Source: an uncultured Verrucomicrobiae bacterium (lineage in GTDB: Bacteria > Chlamydiota > Chlamydiia > Chlamydiales > JAFEGQ01). Taken from it: a DNA stretch of 64,000 nt. Each line of letters opens with the position of its first letter. The stretch's first letter is position 1. Location: contig CAVUAA010000002.1 in the NCBI GenBank assembly GCA_963739345.1, positions 266,713-330,712 on the forward strand. Direction: 5' to 3'. The notes beneath the pieces are model-generated. The model made no database searches, was not told the DNA's origin, and saw nothing but the letters and a program-made list of their open reading frames with translations. Shown here in pieces: positions 9,582-17,852 of the stretch. A program made the translations under genes and the position numbers.

Positions 9582-10502
9582 ATGAAAGCAGGGGCGGTTG
9601 CACTCGCCCTGATTTGTGTGATGGCGACGCAGCCTGCCCAGAGCATGGGCTGCTGCGGAATAGACGGTGATCTGTCGTTGGGAGCTCATGCGCTCTACTG
9701 GAAGCCTTCGCACTGCGCCTACGAGTATGCCCGTACAGCGGCTGGACAGGGAAACCCCTCTATTATCTCGGTCTCAGATATTAAGGCCGACTACGATTGG
9801 GGCTTTCGTGCTCTTGCTGGCTACGAGTGTGGCTGCTTCTACTCTCAAGTGAGCTACCAATGGCTTCAGACCAACGACGAAGCTGTGGCAAATCAGTCGG
9901 AGGCGATTGGTCTTTCCGCGGGGAATAATCAGGTTCGGGCCCGCCTCTTTTACGAGTATCAAAATGTCGATGTGCGAGCGGGACAATATCTCCACCATAG
10001 CGGGGGCTGCCACTTCGGTGTCTTCGGCAACGTCCGGTGGATCGATCTCAAGCGAAACAACCGAGTTGAAGGATTTACCGCTAACGGTCCGGGTAGTTGG
10101 ACGCAGAAGGCGCGGTTTGACGGCGCCGGTCTTGGAGTGGGCACCTCGGGTAACTTCTGCCTCTGGCAGGGGCTTAACGGGTTTGGCGAATTCAACCTGA
10201 TGGGAATCATCGGCGATCGAAAGACGCCGACCAGCCAAACGATCACCGCTGCCGGGGCGGTCACAAACATCCGTTTCCGCTCCAATACCTGCGTCATCCC
10301 GGCGATGGACTTCCGCGTCGGCCTTGACTACAAATTCTGCACCTGCGGCACCACAATAGCCCTCGAAGTGGGCTATGAGATGAACTATTACTGGAACGCG
10401 CTCGAGTATGAGTCGCCGACCGGAGTGACAACCACCGGCGTCCGCGAGTGCTTTGATGTCGGCTTCGCTGGCCCCTACCTCGGCGGTCGGATCACCTTCT
10501 AA
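9582..10502 (+). CDS. MOMP/OmpA-like outer-membrane beta-barrel protein, array copy 6
   Basis: Track ORF 9501..10502 overlaps the putA stop. ATG 9582 gives a clean signal peptide, MKAGAVALALICVMATQPAQS/MGCCG; ATG 9540 is an alternative. Blocks GAHALYWKPS, DYDWGFRALAGY, YEYQNVDVRAGQYLHH, GNVRWIDL, GYEMNYYWNA, C-terminal GFAGPYLGGRITF. Confidence 0.7.
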   Translation: MKAGAVALALICVMATQPAQSMGCCGIDGDLSLGAHALYWKPSHCAYEYARTAAGQGNPSIISVSDIKADYDWGFRALAGYECGCFYSQVSYQWLQTNDEAVANQSEAIGLSAGNNQVRARLFYEYQNVDVRAGQYLHHSGGCHFGVFGNVRWIDLKRNNRVEGFTANGPGSWTQKARFDGAGLGVGTSGNFCLWQGLNGFGEFNLMGIIGDRKTPTSQTITAAGAVTNIRFRSNTCVIPAMDFRVGLDYKFCTCGTTIALEVGYEMNYYWNALEYESPTGVTTTGVRECFDVGFAGPYLGGRITF

Positions 10503-10514
10503 CCCGGGTTTCTC

Positions 10515-11300
10515 GTGATCCTGCTAATTTTCTTGGTGACCGGCGCCCTTGCCGGTCTCCTCGCAGGACTCTTTGGAATTGGGGGCGGACTCGTTGTGGT
10601 TCCCGCCCTTCTTCTTGTGTTTCGGTGGCACGAGGTGCCCCTCTCCGTCGCCATGCACCTGGCGGTCGGCACCTCGCTCGCAGTGATGATCGTCAGCTCT
10701 ACCTCGTCCGTCGTCGCCCACCACCGAAGGGGTGCCGTCCAGTGGGACCTTTTTAAACGGATGTGTAGCGGCGTCGTGATCGGCGCGATCATCGGCGTTG
10801 TGATTGATCACTTTCTCCCGGGAAAGATTCTCCACATTGTTTTCGGCGTGGTAGTTCTCCTCATCGCAATTCAGCTCGGTTTCAACCTGAAACCCAAAAA
10901 AAAGGAGTCCATGCCCGGCACGACCCTCCTATTCTCCGCGGGAGTCGGCAGCGGCACCCTCTCGTCTCTGTTGGGAATTGGGGGAGGAACATTCAACGTC
11001 CCCCTCTTCAACTGGTGGGGGCTAGAGATGAAACAGGCGGTCGCTACAGCAGCCTCCCTTACCCTTCCCGTTGCCATCGTGGGTACCATTGGTTTTGTCA
11101 TCATCGGACTTGGCAAACCGAACCTCCCCCCTTGGAGCTCCGGCTTCGTTAACTGGAGCGCCATGCTCGGGATCGCCATTGGCAGCATGTTCCTCGCTCC
11201 CTTAGGTGCAAGGTTGGCCCATGCCCTTCCCAATGTCATTTTACGTCGCTCCTTTGCGGTTTTCCTGGTCATTGTGGCCTCTCTCATGCTATTCGATTAG
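10515..11300 (+). CDS. TSUP (TauE/SafE, DUF81) family anion exporter
   Basis: 261 aa, polytopic. MILLIFLVTGALAGLLAGLFGIGGGLVVVPALLLVF, with a second GIGGGTFNVPL repeat in the C-terminal half, which is typical of the internally duplicated TSUP fold. Confidence 0.75.
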   Translation: MILLIFLVTGALAGLLAGLFGIGGGLVVVPALLLVFRWHEVPLSVAMHLAVGTSLAVMIVSSTSSVVAHHRRGAVQWDLFKRMCSGVVIGAIIGVVIDHFLPGKILHIVFGVVVLLIAIQLGFNLKPKKKESMPGTTLLFSAGVGSGTLSSLLGIGGGTFNVPLFNWWGLEMKQAVATAASLTLPVAIVGTIGFVIIGLGKPNLPPWSSGFVNWSAMLGIAIGSMFLAPLGARLAHALPNVILRRSFAVFLVIVASLMLFD

Positions 11301-11303
11301 GTT

Positions 11304-12209
11304 ATGTTGCGTATCCTCGTCACTATTCTTCTCATTGGCACCACCGTTTCTGCGACCGTTAGGGAGCGGTTTGAGATTGGAGCTGAGCTTCTCTACTGGA
11401 AGCCGTCTCTTGGCAGTCCGCTAGTCGCTCGAGAGCTCTCCGAGGGGTTAATCGACGTCACCACCATCGATCCCGATTTTGATTATGGATTTAGACTTGA
11501 TTTCGGCTACCAAGCGGGATACTTTTTTGGCCTCCTGCGCTACCTCTGGCTAGAAACTCTAACCACCGCCGATACCACCCGCACTGGTAACACCTTTCTC
11601 GACATTCCCCCACTCGCCTTCGACATGTGGGACAACAGCCGATCTCATCTACGGGTCCACTACCAAAATGTCGATCTTCGCGGCGGGCAGTTCATCCACT
11701 GCGGCGAGCGGTGGCTCTCCTACGTTTTCGCCAACTACCGCTGGGCTAATATCGTCCGACGGCTGAGAACCACCGCATCCAATAACGATAGCTCCGCTCG
11801 CTACGTAATGAAGTCAGAACTCGACGGTTCTGGCCTCGGTGTGGGGATCGGAACCCACTTTATCTTGTGGAAGTGGGTGAGCGTCGAGACCCACGCCAAC
11901 GTGATGGGGTTTGTCGCCGACCGAAAATTCTCTACCTGGCGAGTGACCGATCCTGATGGACGGGTATCCCTACTTAATGTCCGCCCAGTCACCTCACTCG
12001 TCCCCGCGCTCGATTGCCGCCTCGGCCTCCACGGCTACTACGAGTTCCGTGGGTTCACGATCACCACGGAGATCGGCTACGAAGTGAATCAGTACTGGAA
12101 TGCGCTCAAGTTCGCCCTCCCCGCCATGGCGAGTGTTGCGAACAGCAAAATCGTCTGTCGCGATGCGACGATAGCCGGCCTCTATTTCAAGCTCTCCGGC
12201 ATGTATTAA
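11304..12209 (+). CDS. Divergent, Cys-poor MOMP/OmpA-like outer-membrane beta-barrel protein, array copy 7
   Basis: ATG lies 3 nt after the TSUP stop. Signal peptide MLRILVTILLIGTTVSA and no Cys cluster, but it keeps GAELLYWKPS, DFDYGFRLDFGY, HYQNVDLRGGQFIH, YRWANI, GYEVNQYWNA and an aromatic C-terminus (LSGMY). Only 3 Cys by hand count. Confidence 0.7.
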   Translation: MLRILVTILLIGTTVSATVRERFEIGAELLYWKPSLGSPLVARELSEGLIDVTTIDPDFDYGFRLDFGYQAGYFFGLLRYLWLETLTTADTTRTGNTFLDIPPLAFDMWDNSRSHLRVHYQNVDLRGGQFIHCGERWLSYVFANYRWANIVRRLRTTASNNDSSARYVMKSELDGSGLGVGIGTHFILWKWVSVETHANVMGFVADRKFSTWRVTDPDGRVSLLNVRPVTSLVPALDCRLGLHGYYEFRGFTITTEIGYEVNQYWNALKFALPAMASVANSKIVCRDATIAGLYFKLSGMY

Positions 12210-12277
12210 CCGCTTTGACAAAAAGAGCTCCTGGTCTCTATTCTTCGTGTAGATTCGCAACACAAAGGACACCCCTC

Positions 12278-13228
12278 GTGAAACGTCTGATCGCCGCTCT
12301 CATTCTACTCACTGCCTCCTATGTTTCTGCTGACAACTGCGATCCATGCTGGTCCACTTGCGATCCATGCGGCGACTTCGATATTGGAGCACAATACCTC
12401 TACTGGAAGCCGGCGATCTGCGATTACAAGATCGCGGAAAAGACGTTCGACAATAATAATCGGATAGAAATCGTCGGGATCAAGCCCGACTACGACTCAG
12501 GTGTGCGGGCGTGGCTGGGCTACTACCGCGACTGCTCATTTGCCCAGGTGACCTATCTATGGCTCGAAACGCACGATACGTTCACCATCGAGCTCGATGG
12601 CGCGACCACCATGACCATTCCGGGAACCACGTTCCTCTTCAATCGCATTCGCCCCACGTTGAAGCTTCAGTATCAAAACGCCGATGTTAAGGTGGGCCAG
12701 TATCTACATCGAGGACGCGCCTGCACCTTTGGGGTTTATGGCAATTTCCGCTGGGTTGACATTGAGCGGCGACTCCACGTGCGCGGCTTTAGCGCAGACC
12801 CTCAAGCGCGACTAGAACAAAAGTCGCAGTTTGATGGGGGTGGAGTTGGGGTTGGAATGACTGGTGACTTCTGCATCTGGAATGGCTTTAGCGGATTTGG
12901 CGAATTCGGCGCGATGGCTGTCGTTGGTGAGCGCCGCTTTCCTACGTGGCGAGCAGACCGTTCCGCCCTCCCTACCAGCATCGTTCGCACCTCAGAAGTA
13001 ACCTGCGTCATCCCCGCCATCGACTTTCGCGTTGGGATCAACTACGCATGGGACTGCCTCTGCACCACGGTCCTGTTCGAGGTGGGCTATGAGCTTGACT
13101 ACTACTGGGCCGCTCTAAAATACGCCGATCTTCCTGCAACGGCAGGAACCATTGTCACCGGTGGACCAATCCGCTGCCACGACATCGGTTTCGCTGGGCC
13201 GTTCCTCGGCGTGCATGCCTTGTTCTAG
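12278..13228 (+). CDS. Cysteine-rich MOMP/OmpA-like outer-membrane beta-barrel protein, array copy 8
   Basis: Track ORF 12014..13228 would overlap copy 7. GTG 12278 (AAAGGA at 12264-12269) gives VKRLIAALILLTASYVSA/DNCDPCWSTCDPCGDFDIGAQYLYWKP. Blocks DYDSGVRAWLGYYRDCSF, QYQNADVKVGQYLH, GNFRWVDI, GYELDYYWAA, C-terminal GFAGPFLGVHALF. Confidence 0.75.
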   Translation: MKRLIAALILLTASYVSADNCDPCWSTCDPCGDFDIGAQYLYWKPAICDYKIAEKTFDNNNRIEIVGIKPDYDSGVRAWLGYYRDCSFAQVTYLWLETHDTFTIELDGATTMTIPGTTFLFNRIRPTLKLQYQNADVKVGQYLHRGRACTFGVYGNFRWVDIERRLHVRGFSADPQARLEQKSQFDGGGVGVGMTGDFCIWNGFSGFGEFGAMAVVGERRFPTWRADRSALPTSIVRTSEVTCVIPAIDFRVGINYAWDCLCTTVLFEVGYELDYYWAALKYADLPATAGTIVTGGPIRCHDIGFAGPFLGVHALF

Positions 13229-13254
13229 GTTGGTATTATTCTATCCGTTTATGG

Positions 13255-14256
13255 ATGATGCGAATCATGAACTCAAACTGGAAGCAGCTCCTTATTGCCC
13301 TACTACTACTCACAGCGCCCTTGCTGCACGCAAGGACAACGGTAAACCGTTGGGTTCCTGGCCAGACCCATCTTGCTGTTTCCGTAAGTTACATGCAGGC
13401 GGGCCACTGCGACTACCATTTTGCTACCAATCGGCACTCCGGTGGCACTTTTATTGAGACCGCAGATCCCGGCTTTGATCCCGGACTGCAGATTGCTCTA
13501 AATTTCGCCCGCCGCTGCTTCTTTGCCTCAATCAGCTACCTCAGCTGGGGGAGCACTAACTTCGCCTTCGCCTCCCGCGATCCGACCGCTCTCGCCCCGG
13601 GTGATTTTGCAATGGTTGGCCTCCCCGCCATCCCCGATAATCCCGCTCCTGGCTGGATCAGCGCGAACGCCCGCCTCCGCTACACCCTTCGCCATTTTGA
13701 TCTACGGGCAGGGAAGCTAGTCCACGATCAACCCGGCTCATCCCTTGGCCTTTTTGCCAACCTCCGCTACCTAATGCGGCTAGAGCAAAAACAACGACTG
13801 ACTGCCCAAGCGCGCGTGCTAGACATGGGCAATCCCGTCACTGCGCAAGCCTGCTTCGAGCAGAACGCCAGCTACTGTGGTGTGGGCCTTGGAGGGGGAG
13901 CTGTCGGTGAGGTGCACCTTTGGCGCTGCTTTTCCGTCGGTGGCGAGTTCAACGCCACCATCATCCCAGGAACGCGCAAGCTTATCCGCCATCGGGCCAC
14001 TTTCGACCCAGGCTTTACAAATACAAACACTATGGTTAACTTCCGCGACTTCAACAGCGTCATTCCCGTCGTCGAGTTTCAGGCTCACATTATTTGGCCC
14101 TGGAAGATCCTATGCGCCAAAGGAACCTGTGAAGTCGGCTACCAACTTCATCAGTATTGGCAGGCCCTCTCTTTCACTAAACAGGTGAACACCGCTAGAG
14201 TTTGCACCAACTTTGGCGTCCTCGGTCCCTACTTCACCGCCCAGTTGGCGTTCTGA
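13255..14256 (+). CDS. Divergent MOMP/OmpA-like outer-membrane beta-barrel protein, array copy 9 (no N-terminal Cys cluster)
   Basis: MMRIMNSNWKQLLIALLLLTAPLLHA; three in-frame ATGs in the first 5 codons, so the start is uncertain within 12 nt. It retains family spacing: GFDPGLQIALNF, RYTLRHFDLRAGKLVH, GGGAVGEVHLW, GYQLHQYWQA, C-terminal GVLGPYFTAQLAF. Confidence 0.65.
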   Translation: MMRIMNSNWKQLLIALLLLTAPLLHARTTVNRWVPGQTHLAVSVSYMQAGHCDYHFATNRHSGGTFIETADPGFDPGLQIALNFARRCFFASISYLSWGSTNFAFASRDPTALAPGDFAMVGLPAIPDNPAPGWISANARLRYTLRHFDLRAGKLVHDQPGSSLGLFANLRYLMRLEQKQRLTAQARVLDMGNPVTAQACFEQNASYCGVGLGGGAVGEVHLWRCFSVGGEFNATIIPGTRKLIRHRATFDPGFTNTNTMVNFRDFNSVIPVVEFQAHIIWPWKILCAKGTCEVGYQLHQYWQALSFTKQVNTARVCTNFGVLGPYFTAQLAF

Positions 14257-14370
14257 ATAATTGACCCACATGACCACCTTATTCTCCCCCTATGACACCT
14301 GTTTTCGGCGGTCTACTTCGTCTCGCTCCTCAGGCGTGCCTATTGGCCACGCCGTTCGTCGCCACCCTCG

Positions 14371-14536
14371 TGGGTGTGTTGCATAAATCCGAAATACGCA
14401 TTGTGCTGGGCTTTGGTTCTGGTGCGGTGGCAGACGTGCGTCACATACTCGGGCGAGTAGGGGCGTACGTCTGCTTCCGCATCCAGGGCCGAATGCCAGT
14501 GCAAGGCGTACAATCGATATTTATGCAACACACCCA
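14371..14536. repeat. 166-bp MITE-like inverted-repeat element / extended hairpin
   Basis: Perfect 18-bp terminal inverted repeats TGGGTGTGTTGCATAAAT (14371-14388) and ATTTATGCAACACACCCA (14519-14536). They are flanked by the direct 6-mer CCCTCG (14365-14370 and 14537-14542). Nested inner inverted repeats include CAGACGTGCG (14431-14440) / CGTACGTCTG (14464-73). The mirrored short ORFs on both strands (both encode GVLHK) are a by-product of the repeat. Confidence 0.55.
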
Positions 14537-14656
14537 CCCTCGTATCACGCGCAAAACCAGCCGCCCTAGAGGAAGACTAAGGTAGCACTCTAGGTCAGTA
14601 GACAAAAACCTATGAATCACATACGTTCCTGAGCAAATGCCCAATGGAGGAAATTG

Positions 14657-15631
14657 ATGAAACTGCGTTACTTGGCAATCGCTCTGGCGATGGGAATGAT
14701 TCTATTTGGTCAGACGGCAGATGCTCAATGTGCGGACCGGTGTGGTAACCGATGCGGCAGCTGCGACCCCTGTTGGGATAACTGCGATTGGTGCGGCACC
14801 TTCGAGTTTGGCGCCGACGCCCTCTACTGGAGCCCAATGGCCTGCAGCTGGGCCTACGGCCGACTTATCAACGTCGGTGCAATCTCCATGCAGTCGATCA
14901 AGCCCGATTATGAATGGGGGCTGAGAGTCTTTGGTCTCTACACCCGAAACTGCTTCTTCGCACAGCTCAGTTACACCTGGCTTGAAACACGAAACGCCAC
15001 CCGGCGACAAGACCTCCTCTTCCCTGACGGTTTCCCCGTAGCAACTATATTGAATGGGGCCGTAGCGAAGCTGGCCTACGACTACCAGAATGTAGACCTA
15101 AGGCTCGGGCAATATCTTCATAAGACCTGCGGCTGCCAATTCAATCTCTTTGGCAACGTCCGATGGGTAGAAATCGAAGAGCGACGAACACTCACGGGCG
15201 ACAGCCAAGTGACTCCAGCACCAGGACCTGCACAACTGGCCTACAAGGCGCAGTTCAGCGGCGTTGGCCTTGGTGTCGGCAGTGGGGGCGAGTATGCCAT
15301 TTGCGGTACACTCAAGGCATTTGGAAGCATCAACTTTATGGCGATCATTGGTAGCCGAGATAACCCAACCAACCAAGCTCAAATGACCACTCAAGCACGC
15401 AGAGTCGACTACGCGTCACACACCTGCGTGATGCCCGCCACTGAATTTCGATTCGGACTAAACTATGAGACCACCTGCCGTTGCCTCACCACCGTCTGGG
15501 AAATTGGTTACGAAGTGGACTACTACTGGAACGCCCTCGAGCGGGTCAGTCAAGAGACAGGTGCCAATGTGCGCAACTGCATCGACCTCGGCTTTGCTGG
15601 CCCCTTCATCGGCGGTCGAGTACTTTTCTAA
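14657..15631 (+). CDS. Cysteine-rich MOMP/OmpA-like outer-membrane beta-barrel protein, array copy 10
   Basis: GGAGG at 14646-14650 and ATG 14657 (the track starts at TTG 14654). MKLRYLAIALAMGMILFGQTADA/QCADRCGNRCGSCDPCWDNCDWCGTFE, family blocks, C-terminal GFAGPFIGGRVLF. Confidence 0.8.
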   Translation: MKLRYLAIALAMGMILFGQTADAQCADRCGNRCGSCDPCWDNCDWCGTFEFGADALYWSPMACSWAYGRLINVGAISMQSIKPDYEWGLRVFGLYTRNCFFAQLSYTWLETRNATRRQDLLFPDGFPVATILNGAVAKLAYDYQNVDLRLGQYLHKTCGCQFNLFGNVRWVEIEERRTLTGDSQVTPAPGPAQLAYKAQFSGVGLGVGSGGEYAICGTLKAFGSINFMAIIGSRDNPTNQAQMTTQARRVDYASHTCVMPATEFRFGLNYETTCRCLTTVWEIGYEVDYYWNALERVSQETGANVRNCIDLGFAGPFIGGRVLF

Positions 15632-15667
15632 CCGCCCCTTTGTGCAGCTTGTGATATCCTTGTTGCC

Positions 15668-17806
15668 ATGAGTACGTTGAATCCAGAACAGATTGAAGCT
15701 GTTGAGCATATGGAAGGGCCGCTACTGGTGCTTGCGGGCGCCGGAGCGGGAAAGACCCGTATTGTCACGGCCCGAATTTCTAGATTGTTGGAATTGGGTG
15801 TACCCGCTGGAGATATTTTAGCAGTCACATTCACCAATAAGGCCGCCGGCGAGATGCAGGCCCGAGTACGAGCACTCACCCACCAACATGTAATGATCAG
15901 CACCTTTCATAGTCTTGGAGCCAGGCTATTGAGAGAGTCCATCTCTGCTCTGGGATTTAAGCCCGACTTCACTATTTACGACGAAGAAGACAGCCTCCGC
16001 CTGATCCGGGACTGCATGAAGGAACTAAGTATCTCTACAAAGGATGTAAAGCCAAAGGGCTTTAAGGGCCTGATCTCTGATGCAAAGAACCGCCTCTGCC
16101 TCCCAGAAGATATTGATCTCGCCGAGCTGTCGACGGAGCGGGAGAGGCTGTTCCCTGAGTTGTATGCCCTCTACCAGGCCCGACTGAAGCAGTACAACGC
16201 ACTGGATTTCGACGACCTGCTCTTCTTAAGCGTCAGACTATTTGAGGAGTGTCCTGAAGTACTCAAGCACTATCAGATGCGCTGGTCATTCCTACTGATT
16301 GACGAGTACCAGGATACCAACCGAGCCCAATATTTGATGGCCCGCCTACTTGTCGAACACCACCAGAACATCTTTGTGGTGGGTGACCCCGATCAATCGA
16401 TCTACTCATGGAGAGGGGCCAACATTGAGAATATTCTCAATTTCGAAAAGGATTACGCAGGCGCTCGCGTTGTCCGACTCGAGCAAAACTACCGGAGCAC
16501 CACCAACATCCTAAGCGCCGCCAACGCCCTCATCCAAAATAACGAGGGGCGGTATGAAAAGAATCTGTGGAGCGACCTGGGAAAGGGAGAGAAGATCCAG
16601 GTGCGTCGGTGTGAGACCGACCGGGACGAGGCAGATTTTATTGTCGGAAGAATCGATCTCCATCATATCGACAGCCAAGTACCATTAAGCGATATCGTCG
16701 TCTTCTACCGCACCAACGCTCAGTCGCGTCAGTTGGAAGATGCCCTTCTGAAGCGGCGACTCCCCTACGTCATCGTCGGCGGTCTCTCCTTTTACCAGAG
16801 GCGAGAGATTAAGGACGTTTTGGCTATCCTTCGAATGGTTGATTCGGGCGCCGACTACCTCTCATTTGCCCGCACAATCAATATCCCTAAGCGGGGCATT
16901 GGCGATGCCACCCTGGACCGGCTGCATGCGGGGGCGCAGAGCATCCGCCTCACCATCTTTGACTATTGTAAAGCCGTTGTACAAGGTGGCGTTGAACGGC
17001 CACGCCTCTCTGCGAAGCAACTGAAGGGGTTGACTGAGTACGTTGATCTCATTGACCAGCTAAGAGAGTTTCGCAAGTCGGGGGCTATCTTCGATCTTGT
17101 CTCCGAAGCGATTCTCCGCTCCGGCTACTTGAGGCACCTCAAGGAAGACCCCGAAACTTTCCAGGACCGAAAGGAGAACCTCGATGAGCTGGTCTCCAAA
17201 GGCGCCGAGTGGGAGGAGACAACCGAAGGCCCAACCTTGACCGCGTTCCTCGAGGAACTCTCACTCAAGTCCAGCCTCGACGAGGCGGCCACTGACGACC
17301 AACGGGTCCATCTAATGACTCTCCACAATGGAAAGGGGTTAGAGTTTGCCATTACGTTCGTCGCTGGAATGGAGGAGGGACTCTTCCCTCACGCCAATAG
17401 TATCGGTAGTAGGGAGGCATTAGAAGAGGAGCGGCGGCTCTGCTACGTTGGGATGACCCGCGCCAAGCAGCAGCTCTACCTCACCTCTGCTCACTACCGC
17501 TATGTCTGGGGAGGTCCTCAGATGATGCGCCCAAGCCGCTTCTTGCAAGAGATACCTTCCGAATACGTTCAGGAGAAGGGAGTGGCTGACTCCTTCCTGG
17601 ATGATGATTGGCCCCCTCCCGAGCCCGAAGAAGGTGCCATCTTTCAGGCGGGAGATCTCATCAGCCACCGCGATTTTGGCACGGGGGAGATCCAAGAGAT
17701 CTCCGAAAATTCCCTAGGCGCTGTCTACAGGGTGCTATTTTCCCGAGACACCAAGCCCCGCACCCTAGTTGCCAAGTACGCAAAGCTCTCACACTATACA
17801 GGTTAG
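15668..17806 (+). CDS. uvrD: ATP-dependent DNA helicase, UvrD/PcrA/Rep family
   Basis: 712 aa. LNPEQIEAVEH..GPLLVLAGAGAGKTRIV (Walker A), LLIDEYQDTN, VVGDPDQSIYSWRGA, LEQNYRST, TLHNGKGLEF, CYVGMTRAK. Confidence 0.9.
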   Translation: MSTLNPEQIEAVEHMEGPLLVLAGAGAGKTRIVTARISRLLELGVPAGDILAVTFTNKAAGEMQARVRALTHQHVMISTFHSLGARLLRESISALGFKPDFTIYDEEDSLRLIRDCMKELSISTKDVKPKGFKGLISDAKNRLCLPEDIDLAELSTERERLFPELYALYQARLKQYNALDFDDLLFLSVRLFEECPEVLKHYQMRWSFLLIDEYQDTNRAQYLMARLLVEHHQNIFVVGDPDQSIYSWRGANIENILNFEKDYAGARVVRLEQNYRSTTNILSAANALIQNNEGRYEKNLWSDLGKGEKIQVRRCETDRDEADFIVGRIDLHHIDSQVPLSDIVVFYRTNAQSRQLEDALLKRRLPYVIVGGLSFYQRREIKDVLAILRMVDSGADYLSFARTINIPKRGIGDATLDRLHAGAQSIRLTIFDYCKAVVQGGVERPRLSAKQLKGLTEYVDLIDQLREFRKSGAIFDLVSEAILRSGYLRHLKEDPETFQDRKENLDELVSKGAEWEETTEGPTLTAFLEELSLKSSLDEAATDDQRVHLMTLHNGKGLEFAITFVAGMEEGLFPHANSIGSREALEEERRLCYVGMTRAKQQLYLTSAHYRYVWGGPQMMRPSRFLQEIPSEYVQEKGVADSFLDDDWPPPEPEEGAIFQAGDLISHRDFGTGEIQEISENSLGAVYRVLFSRDTKPRTLVAKYAKLSHYTG

Positions 17807-17852
17807 CTCTGTTAAAGGGATTGGTATACAATGTAGGCAGGAGGAGTCTGTC

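Noticed and set aside
14292-14644. Three 65-97 aa ORFs (14292..14585 +, 14340..14537 -, 14441..14644 -) in the gap before porin copy 10.
   Set aside because: They mirror each other (both strands encode GVLHK) because they run through the inverted repeats of the MITE-like element. No RBS or motifs.
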